From assembly GCA_007376405.1 (NCBI GenBank), contig VMGD01000001.1, forward strand, positions 66,891-130,890: a stretch of 64,000 nucleotides of DNA, in the 5' to 3' direction. The stretch is from Microgenomates group bacterium Gr01-1014_7 (GTDB lineage: Bacteria; Patescibacteriota; Microgenomatia; Daviesbacterales; UBA10151). How positions within the stretch are numbered: position 1 is the first letter of the stretch; every line of letters starts with the position of its first letter. Shown piece by piece: positions 1 through 11,200 of this stretch. A program made the translations under genes and the position numbers. Under the pieces are notes generated by a model. It was not told the origin of the DNA. It saw nothing but the letters and a program-made list of their open reading frames with translations, and ran no database searches.

Positions 1-757
1 AAACTTCCTCCATTAATTTTTTTTGCTGCAGCTGCCACAGCTGCACATACGTCATGTACATGCTGAAAGCTTGCAAAATTGAATCCATAATTCCAATTGT
101 GCCGTTAAAAAAACCTTTCCTTAAAATTCCCTGATTAAAAATTTCGGTTGTAAAAATTCTTAAAAATCTCCAGGCAGACATTTTTGGATGGCCTGCTTCT
201 AAACGCAATTTGGCATCAATTTTACTCCACTCCAAACTTTTTAAGACTATCTGATCTACTCCTCTGTGGGTTAAGTGTAGAAGTGAATTTTTGGTGTAAC
301 CCAGTTTTCCTGTAAACTTCGGATATTCATGAACCCTGCCAATCCATCCCTCCAGCGCATCCCTTTTAATTAATCTGATAACCCAATCCGGCCAAAAGGG
401 ATCATATTTTACTTCGCTACCAAAAATTATATTTCTTCTGGAAATTGCATAAGCAGAAAACTCATCGGTTTCTATAAGTTTTTTTATTTCTTCTTTTAGT
501 AATTCTACTACCCTCTCGTCGGGATCAACGTACAGAAGCCAATTTCCAGAAGTTTCTTCAGCTGCCTTATTTCTCCATTTAGCAAAATCTTCCTCTACAA
601 ATGTTATTATCTTATCTGTATATTTTTTAACTATCTTTAAAGTTTTATCAGTTGATCCATGATCTGCTACAATAATTTCGTCAGCCCATTTAACTGACTC
701 AAGACAGGTCTTAATTCTGGATTCTTCATTTTTTGTAAGAATAATAACGCTAATCAT
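1..757 (-). CDS. Glycosyltransferase family 2 (WaaE/KdtX-like), 3' end runs off the window
   Basis: Not in the ORF track. Manual translation from ATG at 757 gives MISVIILTKNEESRIKTCLESVKWADEIIVADQGSTD...WLLYVDPDERV...WPDWVIRL...VHE; open to the window edge; paralog of 762..1652. Confidence 0.88.
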   Translation of the reverse strand, partial: MISVIILTKNEESRIKTCLESVKWADEIIVADHGSTDKTLKIVKKYTDKIITFVEEDFAKWRNKAAEETSGNWLLYVDPDERVVELLKEEIKKLIETDEFSAYAISRRNIIFGSEVKYDPFWPDWVIRLIKRDALEGWIGRVHEYPKFTGKLGYTKNSLLHLTHRGVDQIVLKSLEWSKIDAKLRLEAGHPKMSAWRFLRIFTTEIFNQGILRKGFFNGTIGIMDSILQAFSMYMTYVQLWQLQQKKLMEEV

Positions 758-761
758 AGAA

Positions 762-1652
762 TTATCTTTTAAAAATCTTTAAAAATTTCTTTAGCCCTTT
801 TGCGCCTTTTGATTCTTTTATCCAGTAGTTAATATCTTTGCTCACTCTTGTTGTTTGGTTTTCAAACTCTGCCAGATTCAACTCTTGCTCCTTAAACTTA
901 GTTGTTTCCCACACCCTCAAATAAACAACAAAAAACGAAAAAGCCTGGAGCAGACTAAGAGATAAACCATGTAAACCATCTTTATAACCCTCATTTGTAA
1001 AATATCTTGATAAAAATTCGTTAAGCGGCTTGTCAAAAATATCTTGCCACCTGAATTTATAGCCTGATTTTTTTAGTTCCTCGGCTTGAATCTGGGTATA
1101 ACGATTCATTCTACTAATAAATTGTTCTATTGTCTGATAATTTTGATGTATTATTGACCATTTTTCTTCTGATGCAAGTTTCAAGCCAGTACCTTTAGCC
1201 TGAGGTTTGCTATGTATTTGGCTTTGCCAAACTACAGATCCCTTTTTAAAAAGTCTTATTTGATAATCCGGCCACCAACCAGAATGCTTAATCCACTTAT
1301 TGAAAATAATATTTTTTCTTGGTATCTCCACAAAATCAAACGAGCTCGATTTATTGACCAGCGCTTGTAGTCTTTTAGCCAAATCCTCATCTATTTGCTC
1401 GTCAGGATCAAGGACTAATATCCAGTCGTTTTTGGCTTTTGAAATAGCAAAATTCCTAGCAAGCTCAACATAATTTACTCTTTTATGAAAGATAACCTTT
1501 GCTCCCAAGTCTTTGGCAATTTCAGCGGTTTTATCATCTGAATACATATCACAAACTATAATCTCATCTGCCCATTTCACAGAATTTATAGCTTTAGCTA
1601 TATTTTTCTCTTCATTCCGGGTATTAATTATAACCGATATTTTTTGAGGCAT
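762..1652 (-). CDS. Glycosyltransferase family 2 (WaaE/KdtX-like)
   Basis: ISVIINTRNEE start, DxD motif (LDPDE), WWPDYQIRLF, IHS. Confidence 0.9.
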   Translation of the reverse strand: MPQKISVIINTRNEEKNIAKAINSVKWADEIIVCDMYSDDKTAEIAKDLGAKVIFHKRVNYVELARNFAISKAKNDWILVLDPDEQIDEDLAKRLQALVNKSSSFDFVEIPRKNIIFNKWIKHSGWWPDYQIRLFKKGSVVWQSQIHSKPQAKGTGLKLASEEKWSIIHQNYQTIEQFISRMNRYTQIQAEELKKSGYKFRWQDIFDKPLNEFLSRYFTNEGYKDGLHGLSLSLLQAFSFFVVYLRVWETTKFKEQELNLAEFENQTTRVSKDINYWIKESKGAKGLKKFLKIFKR

Positions 1653-1662
1653 AGTTTAAATC

Positions 1663-3291
1663 TTACCACTTTGGAGATACTATATAAAATGCCGGGTAGC
1701 CATTAGACAGATAGATCTTTTCCAATATTTCCCCCTCCTTTAGATCTTTCGGAAAACTCCATGGGCTTCCAATAAATAGTACTCCTTTTTTATCTTGATC
1801 TACAGTCCAGTCAATCTGTCTAAAGGTATATTTATTGAATTTAAAATAATATGTACTGTCTTTACTATGTATCTTTGTTTCGGTTTGATAGGTCTTAGGA
1901 TCATACTTTGTATAAAAAAGTACATATAGATAGGGATTGCTAACAAGATATGGTCCTTCAATCCCTCTTCGAGGGTCAAATACTATCTCATTATAACTTT
2001 CTTGATGGTCACGTATATATAAAGCTGCTTGCTTTAACCCCTCATCAAAAGATTCTCCTTTTGCTCTGGGAAAATGAACAGCAAAAGTCAAAAAGGCATG
2101 TATAAAGACAAGCACCGCTACAAAACTAAATCCAAAAGCTACAATAAATCTCTGGTAAACTTTAGAAAGACTTACTATCCATTTACAAAACCTAATTGCT
2201 CCAAGAGCCGTAATAAGGATTATTATAGGAGCAATATGTAAAAGCCTGCCAGCATGAATTTGGTTATTAGTTATGGAATCAGGAAAAATTCCTGTAAGTA
2301 ACCAGATTACAAAAATGCTTTTATAAGGTATCTTACGTTTTATAAATTCAATAATACCTAAAAGTAAAAATGGTAATTCAAAAAGATACAACACTCCTAA
2401 TCCAAAAGTGCCAGGCACTGTCATATTTAATCCATTAATGAACAAGAAATTTGGATCAAGATAACTTAAATACCTTTTTATCCAAAAAAATATTAACATA
2501 GGAAAATCAAAAAAAGAATGGGAGTTAAGCAGTATATACCTTTGAAATTCAACATCATTGGAGATAAGAACCATTGTAAGCCTTGTCCCTGCTCCTTGAA
2601 ATAAAGTTGCATAGACTAAGGGCAGCCCTAATATCACACAAGTTGATACGAAAATAATTATTTTATTCCTGTGGGTTTTAAATTTGCGGAAGTTAAAAAT
2701 TAATGATGTAACAATAAATACCGGTACAAATAACCTGGGGGCAGGAGCGGTATACATAGTCAAAATAAGAAAAAAAGCAGATAGGAAAGTCCATTTACGC
2801 CCTCCGTCAAACATTTTCATAAAAAACCAAATTCCTAGCAGCACAAAAAAAGATGCAATTATATATTCATATTCCATTCTTGAGTAAAAAATATGCCAGG
2901 ATGATATAGCAAGAAAGAAACTGCCTACTAAAGCCAGTCTCTTTTCCTTAAAAATTTTAAAAAGAAAAAGAAAAAATGAAGGGATTATCAAAGTCCCTAT
3001 AAAAAAGTTTTGAAATCTCACGGCAAAATCATTTAAGCCAAATAGTTTTATTGAGATGGCCATTATGTATCCGGGAATTGGGTTTTTATAATCTCCTACT
3101 GCCTGAAAAGTTATTGGAAGAAATTTTCCATACTCATCTCTCCCTGTATTTAGTATTGAGTATGCGGTATAGGCAAAAGATATCTCATCACCATTTAGAC
3201 TCGGGGGGTTTTCGGTATTTTTGTAAAATCTTAAAAATCCTCCTAACAATGTTATTAATATCAGGGTTATCAAAACAAAATGTTTTCTCAT
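1663..3291 (-). CDS. GT-C fold membrane glycosyltransferase (ArnT/PMT_2-like)
   Basis: LRFY..PPSLNGDE acidic loop after TM1, TGRDEYG, FAVR, ISSWHIFYSR; many TM helices. Confidence 0.85.
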   Translation of the reverse strand: MRKHFVLITLILITLLGGFLRFYKNTENPPSLNGDEISFAYTAYSILNTGRDEYGKFLPITFQAVGDYKNPIPGYIMAISIKLFGLNDFAVRFQNFFIGTLIIPSFFLFLFKIFKEKRLALVGSFFLAISSWHIFYSRMEYEYIIASFFVLLGIWFFMKMFDGGRKWTFLSAFFLILTMYTAPAPRLFVPVFIVTSLIFNFRKFKTHRNKIIIFVSTCVILGLPLVYATLFQGAGTRLTMVLISNDVEFQRYILLNSHSFFDFPMLIFFWIKRYLSYLDPNFLFINGLNMTVPGTFGLGVLYLFELPFLLLGIIEFIKRKIPYKSIFVIWLLTGIFPDSITNNQIHAGRLLHIAPIIILITALGAIRFCKWIVSLSKVYQRFIVAFGFSFVAVLVFIHAFLTFAVHFPRAKGESFDEGLKQAALYIRDHQESYNEIVFDPRRGIEGPYLVSNPYLYVLFYTKYDPKTYQTETKIHSKDSTYYFKFNKYTFRQIDWTVDQDKKGVLFIGSPWSFPKDLKEGEILEKIYLSNGYPAFYIVSPKW

Positions 3292-4448
3292 TGTTTCCCT
3301 ACCTCATAATTTTGCTCAAATTCATAATATTTTGTAAATCTGGCCTTTTCTCTAAGCTGGATATCTGAAATAACAACTAAGGACTGAAGAATAATTAATA
3401 TCAGGGTTAATATGAGAAAGATATTGTGAATCTTCTTTTTTTTATTTTTAATTAATTCTATCAATCCATAAGAAATAACTATTATTACTACCGGAGCAAA
3501 AATAATTAAACGATTTAAATCAACCATATTCCTTGATAAAACAGATGGAATAACTAACAAGCTGGACAAAAATAGCACTTTTCTTTGAGGTAATTTTATT
3601 AAATGATAAAGACCATAAACAAACGGTATTAAAAAGCCAAAAAGTATTGGAGGGGTGAATGAGAAGTTTAGAAGTTTCTCTTGGGGTGTAAAATAGTTGG
3701 AAGGTACCAGTTGCTTAGTATATTTTAACAATATATTTTCTACTGTAAAGAGGTATTTATTTTCGCTTATTTTAGCAAGTTTACCTAATCCCTCTTGCTG
3801 CGCTGCCCCCTGGTAATTGTTAACCATATTTAATAGACCAGGATCTGAAAAAATCTTGGTCTCATTATCTAAGATATTTCTAAAAGCAACACTATGCGTT
3901 TGGATTAGAAAAAAAAGTGGAAATAGTAAAAAAGTTATAATTACAAAGAAAATCTTTAAATCTTTAAAAGAAATTATTTTAAAGACTGTTATTAGAAGAA
4001 CTGCTGGAATAAGTAATAATAGAGTCAAAGAGCTATATCCTACTCCCAAAATAGCTACACTTATTAAAAGAGCCCCTAAAAAATTTTTATATTTTAGCAA
4101 AAGTAACCCATAAAAGCCTACCAAGATAAAGAAAAGAAGATAAATATAAAAAGATCCTGCTATAACTAGATAACTACTCCATGGTGAAACAGAATAAACA
4201 AAAGGAGTAATTAAGGAATATTTATTAAAAATTTTCTTACTTATGATCCAAAGTAAAATTAGATTTCCCGCTTCTAAGATATAAAATAACCATTGAGGTA
4301 CATATAAACTTTTACCTATCAAGTCGGAAAAAAATAATTTTTTGGGATCAAAATGAATAGGATACAAATTATTTTGAATTAATGTCAAAAAAAGATAATG
4401 AAGCAATAATATGCCAGCAAAAAGACTAATTTGCTTTTTTGTTTTCAT
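3288..4448 (-). CDS. Shortened/degenerate GT-C-like multi-pass membrane protein
   Basis: Keeps YSVSPWS, KYTKQLVPSNYF and LNRLIIFAP segments that parallel its neighbours, but lacks the GDE loop and the C-terminal soluble domain. Confidence 0.6.
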   Translation of the reverse strand: MKTKKQISLFAGILLLHYLFLTLIQNNLYPIHFDPKKLFFSDLIGKSLYVPQWLFYILEAGNLILLWIISKKIFNKYSLITPFVYSVSPWSSYLVIAGSFYIYLLFFILVGFYGLLLLKYKNFLGALLISVAILGVGYSSLTLLLLIPAVLLITVFKIISFKDLKIFFVIITFLLFPLFFLIQTHSVAFRNILDNETKIFSDPGLLNMVNNYQGAAQQEGLGKLAKISENKYLFTVENILLKYTKQLVPSNYFTPQEKLLNFSFTPPILFGFLIPFVYGLYHLIKLPQRKVLFLSSLLVIPSVLSRNMVDLNRLIIFAPVVIIVISYGLIELIKNKKKKIHNIFLILTLILIILQSLVVISDIQLREKARFTKYYEFEQNYEVGKQ

Positions 4449-6267
4449 TTTTGGCTAATAGATAGAAGGCTGGTTCCCCAGAAGGATGCTTAATTACTTT
4501 AATTAAAATTAAATCCGATGGAACTCTCTCAGGTTCCCTAATTAAATCCAGTTTAATTTCTTTAGCCGGAGCAAGGTATAAACTATTTTCCGGTAATATT
4601 GAGCCTAATTCATATAGATTCTTATCCAACCCAATTGGAGGAAAAGAAAAATTACCTAATACTGAAACCTTCCCAAAGTGATCTAAATTTTCTTGGACTA
4701 ATGGATATTTTTTCTGAAATTCAGCAGGTGGAAATTGCGACCAACCAAGGAAAAAAATCATCGGAGGCTCTTCTGCCGCACTGATAATAACTTTATTATA
4801 TTTATGGCTCTCAGAAACAACAGACTCTATTGCCTCTTTAAACCCACTATGCCACCATCTTTGGGAGTCCCAAGGAAAGTGAACCCAATAATTATGTTGA
4901 TAGAAAATAAAGCTTAAGAAATAAACTAGTGATAAGACAACAACAAATATTTTCCTAGTTTTTTTACTTATTAAATAATAAGAATGATATATTCCTAAAG
5001 TTGTAAGTATAATCAGAGGTGGAAGTAAAAAAAGCAATCTTGAAGCATGCGAACTACCATCCTTGGTTAAAATTGATGGTAGAGGAGCAGTTAAAATCCA
5101 CAAAATGAGCAGTAATCTTATTTTTATATTTTCTATCTTTAAAAATAAAAATACTAAGCCTAAAATTATAAAGATTGCCTCTAATTTATAAAACTCACCA
5201 TGTCCAATTACATTATGAGTAGGTTGAGGATCTCCACTTATGAATAAAAACTCTGTTGAAAAAGCCCCAAGATAATTATTTATAATTTGTGAAGTAAAAT
5301 AAATCATTCTGTTGTGAAATAATCTATCTAGAATACTTCCTTTTGCACCAAATAAGGCCTTAGAGTCACGTATCCTTGCATCTTGAAGTCTATCAAAACC
5401 TATTTCGGAAGAAGCTGTTTTACTATTAAAAACAGATGTGGATGAAAATCTATCAGTCCCTCCTCCAAAAAATGTGCTAAATACAAAGGGAATAGTTATT
5501 ATCAAAAAAGCTATTAAAGAAATTATTAAATATTTCTTCTGTATCTTAACTACATTTTTCCCATAAAGTAATGCTAGTATTACTAGAGTTAACGGTAGAA
5601 AAACTTTTGCTGAATGATAAGAGAGCGGCGTTAAAGCAAAAAAAATAGATGAAAATACTAACCATTTTCCCTGTTCTAATGAGCGGAGAAAAAAATACAG
5701 ACCAGCAGTAAATAAAGCTAGCATTAATGTTCCTTCAAAACCCCATCTGGAATAATGAATATGCCAAGGAGAAATTGTAAGTACAAATGCAGTCAAAAGG
5801 GCCAAAGAGTTATTTTTAAATGCTTGTTTTATAAGTAAATATAATAGGTAAATTCCTAAAACACCAAAAAGTGCAGCAGGTAAACGCACTCCCAAGGGTG
5901 ATATGCCAAATACCGAAACTGTTGGAATTATTGAATAGGCATAAAGAGGGGATTTATAATCAGCTAAAGATTTAAGGTGCAAAGGTAAAAAATGGCCTGT
6001 ATAATCCTTACCGGTTTTAGAAAGAGAATATGCATGATAACCCACATCTACTTCATCTCCAAATAAAGAAACAGGTACTTTATCCAATCCCCAGACTCTT
6101 AAAATTAAAGCTAAGAATAAAATCAGAAAGAGCAAAATATTCCTGCTTAATGAACTACTCCGCAGCAAAGCTGACGGAGTATCCTTCGGAAAGTTCTTAT
6201 GTGAACCATTCATCCCCGCAGCAAGCTGCGAGGTATTCTGGTTCAATAATAAAGACTTGATTGTCAT
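4426..6267 (-). CDS. GT-C fold membrane glycosyltransferase (ArnT/PMT_2-like) with an in-frame MITE near the N-terminus
   Basis: LRVWGLDKVPVSLFGDEVD, TGKDYTG, GVRLPAA, ISPWHIHYSR; ATGA overlap with the upstream gene. Confidence 0.85.
   Translation of the reverse strand: MTIKSLLLNQNTSQLAAGMNGSHKNFPKDTPSALLRSSSLSRNILLFLILFLALILRVWGLDKVPVSLFGDEVDVGYHAYSLSKTGKDYTGHFLPLHLKSLADYKSPLYAYSIIPTVSVFGISPLGVRLPAALFGVLGIYLLYLLIKQAFKNNSLALLTAFVLTISPWHIHYSRWGFEGTLMLALFTAGLYFFLRSLEQGKWLVFSSIFFALTPLSYHSAKVFLPLTLVILALLYGKNVVKIQKKYLIISLIAFLIITIPFVFSTFFGGGTDRFSSTSVFNSKTASSEIGFDRLQDARIRDSKALFGAKGSILDRLFHNRMIYFTSQIINNYLGAFSTEFLFISGDPQPTHNVIGHGEFYKLEAIFIILGLVFLFLKIENIKIRLLLILWILTAPLPSILTKDGSSHASRLLFLLPPLIILTTLGIYHSYYLISKKTRKIFVVVLSLVYFLSFIFYQHNYWVHFPWDSQRWWHSGFKEAIESVVSESHKYNKVIISAAEEPPMIFFLGWSQFPPAEFQKKYPLVQENLDHFGKVSVLGNFSFPPIGLDKNLYELGSILPENSLYLAPAKEIKLDLIREPERVPSDLILIKVIKHPSGEPAFYLLAKNENKKAN
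6151..6240 (-). mobile_element. Non-autonomous IS200/IS605-type miniature element (PATE/MITE-like), two subterminal hairpins
   Basis: Hairpins TACTCCG-CAGC-AAA-GCTG-A-CGGAGTA (6156-6181) and CCCCGCAGC-AA-GCTGCGAGG (6214-6233); minus strand ends ...GTAGTTCA like IS605 right ends; GC-rich island in AT-rich DNA; 90 bp. Confidence 0.7.
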
Positions 6268-8282
6268 TTTTTAACCTTTAATATTAAAGCCTCATCATTT
6301 TCAAAAAAAACATCAATACCATTTTTCTCCATATCTAAAGGTTTATCAAGTTCATTTTTTGCAACATATATGAAACTAATTTTTGCTTTTTGTAGAAATT
6401 CTCTATTCCAAGCAAAGTCGGTTTGCTCAAAAAATCTTTTTTTATTTTCTATCCTTTGATCTGTTGTTGGATAAAATAAAAGTGTCACATGCTCAGAGGC
6501 AAGATAAGAAACTCTGCCAGTCAGGGCGGATATATAAGAAGTATCATACCAGGCATAAATGGGTTTAGGCTGAGTTGTGAATTTGTTTTGAAGGTTTTTA
6601 TTAAATGGCATATTCAAAACTACAACTTCTGAATCAGAATTATTTTTTAAATAACTTAATGCTTGTAGCTCACTATTACTTATTTTGGCAAGTGGATTGG
6701 TAGTGGGACCATAAAATTCTACTAAATTGCCTATTACTGTTGGTATGGAAAAACAAACGATTAGAACCATTATCAATACTTTAACTGCATAATTTTTGAC
6801 TAAGAGAATAATCTTGTAGGTAGCTACAGCGCCATAGAAACCAAAGATCAAGAGAAAATACTGCATAAATTGAATATTGTTATATATCAGACCCTTTTGA
6901 ACAAAGAGCAAAGGCACAATAAGTCCTGTCATCATACTGACTAAAAGCATAACCTCCACAGGTTGAATGAAAACTTTTCCCCTACTCGTAATTATTTTTC
7001 TTATAATTTCTAGAAGGCCTAAAATTCTCATTCCTAAATTTCCGGCTACAAAAATAAAAAGAGCCATGGTCTCAAATTGAATTATCCTAAGCTTTGCATT
7101 CCAGGTTCCCAATGATAGATAGAACTGTCTTCTCAATTCCAAATCAACCCAATCAAGCTTAACTACAACCATAGTTCTTACAAACCACCAAGGAAGAAAT
7201 ATTAGGAAAGATGCTGCTTGAGGAGAAGTCATTGATCTAAATGTTATTATATTTGATAGTCCCAAGGCTATTGCCAGAATAGGAGTAACTAATTTACGAT
7301 AAAAAATTAGGTCAACTAAAGCCGCAGCCCCCAATCCTACTAACATGACAAAGCCTCCTGAAACTTTAAAGCCTGCCAAGATTGAACCAATTAGAAATGA
7401 GATTAAAACCCATTTAATATTTCTTTTTTGAATGTACACTAGAAAGGCTAGAAAAAATGCCGGCAGTAAAAAATGGGAAGTAGCATGAGGAGGATTACCT
7501 AATATAGTATTTTGTTGGGCTGCCCAAAATGTAGTCTCCCCTCCAAAAATACTACCTCCATGTAAATAATTTACTATATAACCAAAACTGCCTACAAAAT
7601 AGGTAAAAAATAGCCCCAGATACCCTATGCTCCTATTATTTTGCCATCTAGTCACAAAGGCAAAAATAGTTATACCGATGAGAAAGGAAAAAACAACTGG
7701 AAAAAATCTAAAATAAAGATCCAAAGAGGAAAACATCGGAAAAAGCCGGGCAAATTCACCCATTAAAACATCGACCAAATAATGGTAGTTATAAATCACC
7801 TCACCTGAAAAACCAGGATTCTGAGGAGGTATGGACTCCTTTATTGCTTCCATTGAGGAAACATGCCATAGTCCATCATGTCCTTGCGAACTCCAAAAGT
7901 ATAGACCATCTTTATATTGAAAACCGCTAGGGAAATTAATAAATCCTTGAACAAGTATCCCAAGAATTAAAATAACTAAAAGTAATTTATCATATAAAAA
8001 AATTTTCCAAGGCTTAAGTATTTTATGTCTAAATTTAACAATTGCTCCAACATTTAGTATTAATAATAGAGGTAGAACCAAAAACCTTAAGTTTAATAAT
8101 CCAAATAAAATTGCTGTAAGTACAAACAATATTACACCAATGCATAAAGATAATCCTACTACTTCTTGATCTTCCAAGGCATTGTCGGTTTTATGTAATA
8201 GCCAAAAACCAAATGGATAAAACAACAAAAAAAATAATATTAAAAAGATAAATCCATATATTAGGGTTTGAAAAATTAACAT
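6264..8282 (-). CDS. Predicted GT-C fold multi-pass membrane protein (HDGxWH type)
   Basis: SQGHDGLWH loop, NYHYLVD, GNPPH; many TMs; C-terminal extracytoplasmic domain; paralog of the C-terminal part of 8284..11772. Confidence 0.7.
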   Translation of the reverse strand: MLIFQTLIYGFIFLILFFLLFYPFGFWLLHKTDNALEDQEVVGLSLCIGVILFVLTAILFGLLNLRFLVLPLLLILNVGAIVKFRHKILKPWKIFLYDKLLLVILILGILVQGFINFPSGFQYKDGLYFWSSQGHDGLWHVSSMEAIKESIPPQNPGFSGEVIYNYHYLVDVLMGEFARLFPMFSSLDLYFRFFPVVFSFLIGITIFAFVTRWQNNRSIGYLGLFFTYFVGSFGYIVNYLHGGSIFGGETTFWAAQQNTILGNPPHATSHFLLPAFFLAFLVYIQKRNIKWVLISFLIGSILAGFKVSGGFVMLVGLGAAALVDLIFYRKLVTPILAIALGLSNIITFRSMTSPQAASFLIFLPWWFVRTMVVVKLDWVDLELRRQFYLSLGTWNAKLRIIQFETMALFIFVAGNLGMRILGLLEIIRKIITSRGKVFIQPVEVMLLVSMMTGLIVPLLFVQKGLIYNNIQFMQYFLLIFGFYGAVATYKIILLVKNYAVKVLIMVLIVCFSIPTVIGNLVEFYGPTTNPLAKISNSELQALSYLKNNSDSEVVVLNMPFNKNLQNKFTTQPKPIYAWYDTSYISALTGRVSYLASEHVTLLFYPTTDQRIENKKRFFEQTDFAWNREFLQKAKISFIYVAKNELDKPLDMEKNGIDVFFENDEALILKVKK

Positions 8283-8283
8283 T

Positions 8284-11200
8284 TTAAAGTTTGGTTTGAT
8301 AAATTGTAACTTCCTGGTTTTGGTAAATCTTATCTAGTGGGAGCTTATCTTCATCAATAGCCATAGAGAATTCATTTATTATGTAGATGTATTTAATATG
8401 ATTGTGCCTTAAGAAATTTTTAGCTGTCTGTAAACTTTCATCAGTAGATAAATGTGGTATAACATCACTAAAAAAATCCTTAGAAGCTACAATTCTTTTT
8501 TTGTAGTCTGTTAAAAGGATTTGATTTTGAGATTCATCCACTAGATAAACAGCCTTATTTGATAAAGCCGATACATAAGATGTGCTATCGTAAACAAAGA
8601 GCGGCCACGGCTCCTCAATCCTCTTTTTAAGCTTATCATCATAAGGATAAGTCAAAACTACACCATCTTGTTGTTTTGATAAAAACTCTAAGGCCTCTAA
8701 CTCTTTTTTATCAACTCTGGCATGAGGAAGATAATTTGTGTAGTAACTGGCTGTTACCAACGAATTAATCGGACTAATTATTAAAAACAAACCAATTATA
8801 AAACTTAATAAAAACTTGGGTAAATTAACAATTAAGGATAATAATACAACACCACTAATTACCGCTGTTACATAAAGACCATAATAAAAAAATTGAATTG
8901 TATTCCATGGATTTCCTGATTGTATAAAAAGTATTGGAATTAAAAATGAAAGGGTGGAAAAAACAAGTAGAAAAAGAAGATTACTATCTTTAACTATTCT
9001 TTTTATCTTGATCAGTGATAACAAGCTCAACATTCTCAACCCTAAATTACCCGCAATAAATAAGATAAGACTTATAAACTCTGCTGTTATAAATTTCCAC
9101 CAAATTCCCTTCTCCAACCCTACTGTTCTGGCTAATGTTAATCTCATCCATCCTACTCTGTCAGGAGAATCTATCATGGAGTGGATAAACCAAAAAGGCG
9201 CAAAAATCATAAGAGCCGAAGTTGGTTGAAAATTTGCAAAAAATATCACAACAGTAATAATCAATGCACCTATAAAAACTATTAGATAGTCTGCTCTTTT
9301 TTTAAAGAGACCTATTAACACCAAACTGACTAAAACTAAAACTGCACCGTACGCTTTAAAACCTATTAAACCTCCTGCTAATAAAATTGCCAAAGAAAGT
9401 TTCCTTTTTTTTCTGCCGGAGAAAATTAAGACTTGTATTAAGGCTATGATTATCAGTAAAGAAATAGCAAATGGAGGATTTAAATTAAAAGAGATTGATT
9501 GGTTTGCCCAAAAGGCAGACTCTCCGGCAAAATTTCTTTCTTTAATAAAAGAGACTATCCAACCAAAACTACCGGCAAAATAAACAAGATAAAGACTAAA
9601 TAAGGAAGCGATCTTAGTTTTTAAAATTCCCAAGCTTTCTTCAAAAAGATCACGAACAAGATAATAAGTTCCTATACCTAAAGATAAGGAGAATAAAATT
9701 GGATAAAATCTGAAAACTAGATCAAGTACCGGTATCTTTACTAGATAGTTTGTTGCGGCAACTAAAAGATCATAGAAGAAGTGATAGTTTTTTAAAATAT
9801 TGCCGGAAAATATAGGATTTTCAGGTGGAACAGCTTTTATTAACTGGTTTATTAAACTGATGTGCCAAACCCCATCATGAGTATTTGGACCCCAGAAACC
9901 TAAACCAAAAGGATAAACCAATCCATTTTTGAAAGCAGGTATTACTTGAAAAGCTGTTCCCATGATAATTAGTGTGATAATTGCTAGGTCAACTCTATTT
10001 TTAATTTTTGGAATATTTATCTTTTTAAGTTTAGGAAGATAAAGTCCTAAAAACAATATCAGATTTATTAAAATATAGGGGTATATCAAAAACCTAATCT
10101 TAAAAAGACCCAGTATATAGAAAATAAGAGTTAACTCTACTAAACCAACTATCGTTGATAAGAAGAAAGTTTGATATACAGATTTGTTTTTTAAAAGCCT
10201 ATTTATTAGTAAGAATCCGGGAATTATACAGCCAATGGTTAAAAACAAAATAAATGCGATAGTTTTGAATAAAACATTATTCAGCGACCATGCAAATGTT
10301 CCTTCCTCCATTGGTGAATTAATTTTCTTTTGTACTTCTTTTTTGGTAGCATCTAAAATAGCTCCATCAATGGAGGAAATTTTTCCATCAATACCTATAT
10401 CCCTTGGTAAAAATTCTATTGTTCTTGAATGTCCAGCTTCATTTTTGTAAGTAATTTCATAGTTTTCACCTTGTTTGACAACATTAAAATCGGTTATTCT
10501 TCCGTCATCTATAACCCACTTGTGGCCGAAGCTAACCTCATCTAAAACCCTCGTGGCAGAAGTGGCAAAGTTGACACTGTCACATCTGGCCTTAAAACAT
10601 AGTTCCTCTGATCCGTCAATATATTGGCGGATGTCCCTAAATACACTACCATCTTGATTTAAAAACCATCCCGCTCTGTAATAGGGATTCATAAACCAGA
10701 CTACCTTTTTATTCGTAGAAGAGCTTTGCTCATAAGTGCCCAAAGGATCATCCGCCACAATCAAATGTTGCGGGGATAAATCAGGAAATTTGGATTTATA
10801 CCATGAAGCAAAATCTCTCATTGTTGCTAAAGATATCTGGCTTGATTTTCTTTTACTGACAAGTGTTTCGACCTGGTTTTCATATTCCTTTGAATATTTC
10901 TGCCAAGAATAAGAGTTTTCTAAACCAACTACCAATTGAGACAATTGATTCAAAGGTTGTTTAGTATATATATCAATAAGTTTAGAAAAATATTTTATAT
11001 CCAGATTATGATAATCAATATAATCATTTGCTTGAAGGCTGTATGTACTTTCAATTACTCCATTGCCATATCCGTTTACAGGATCTCTGGTTGCCCACTG
11101 AGTTATCACCATAGGTAATTTATTCTCTAAAGTTTGAGCTGGATGTAAGGCATTTTTTTTGGAAGGATAATATGGAGTAGAAAAATATTGACCCCATATT

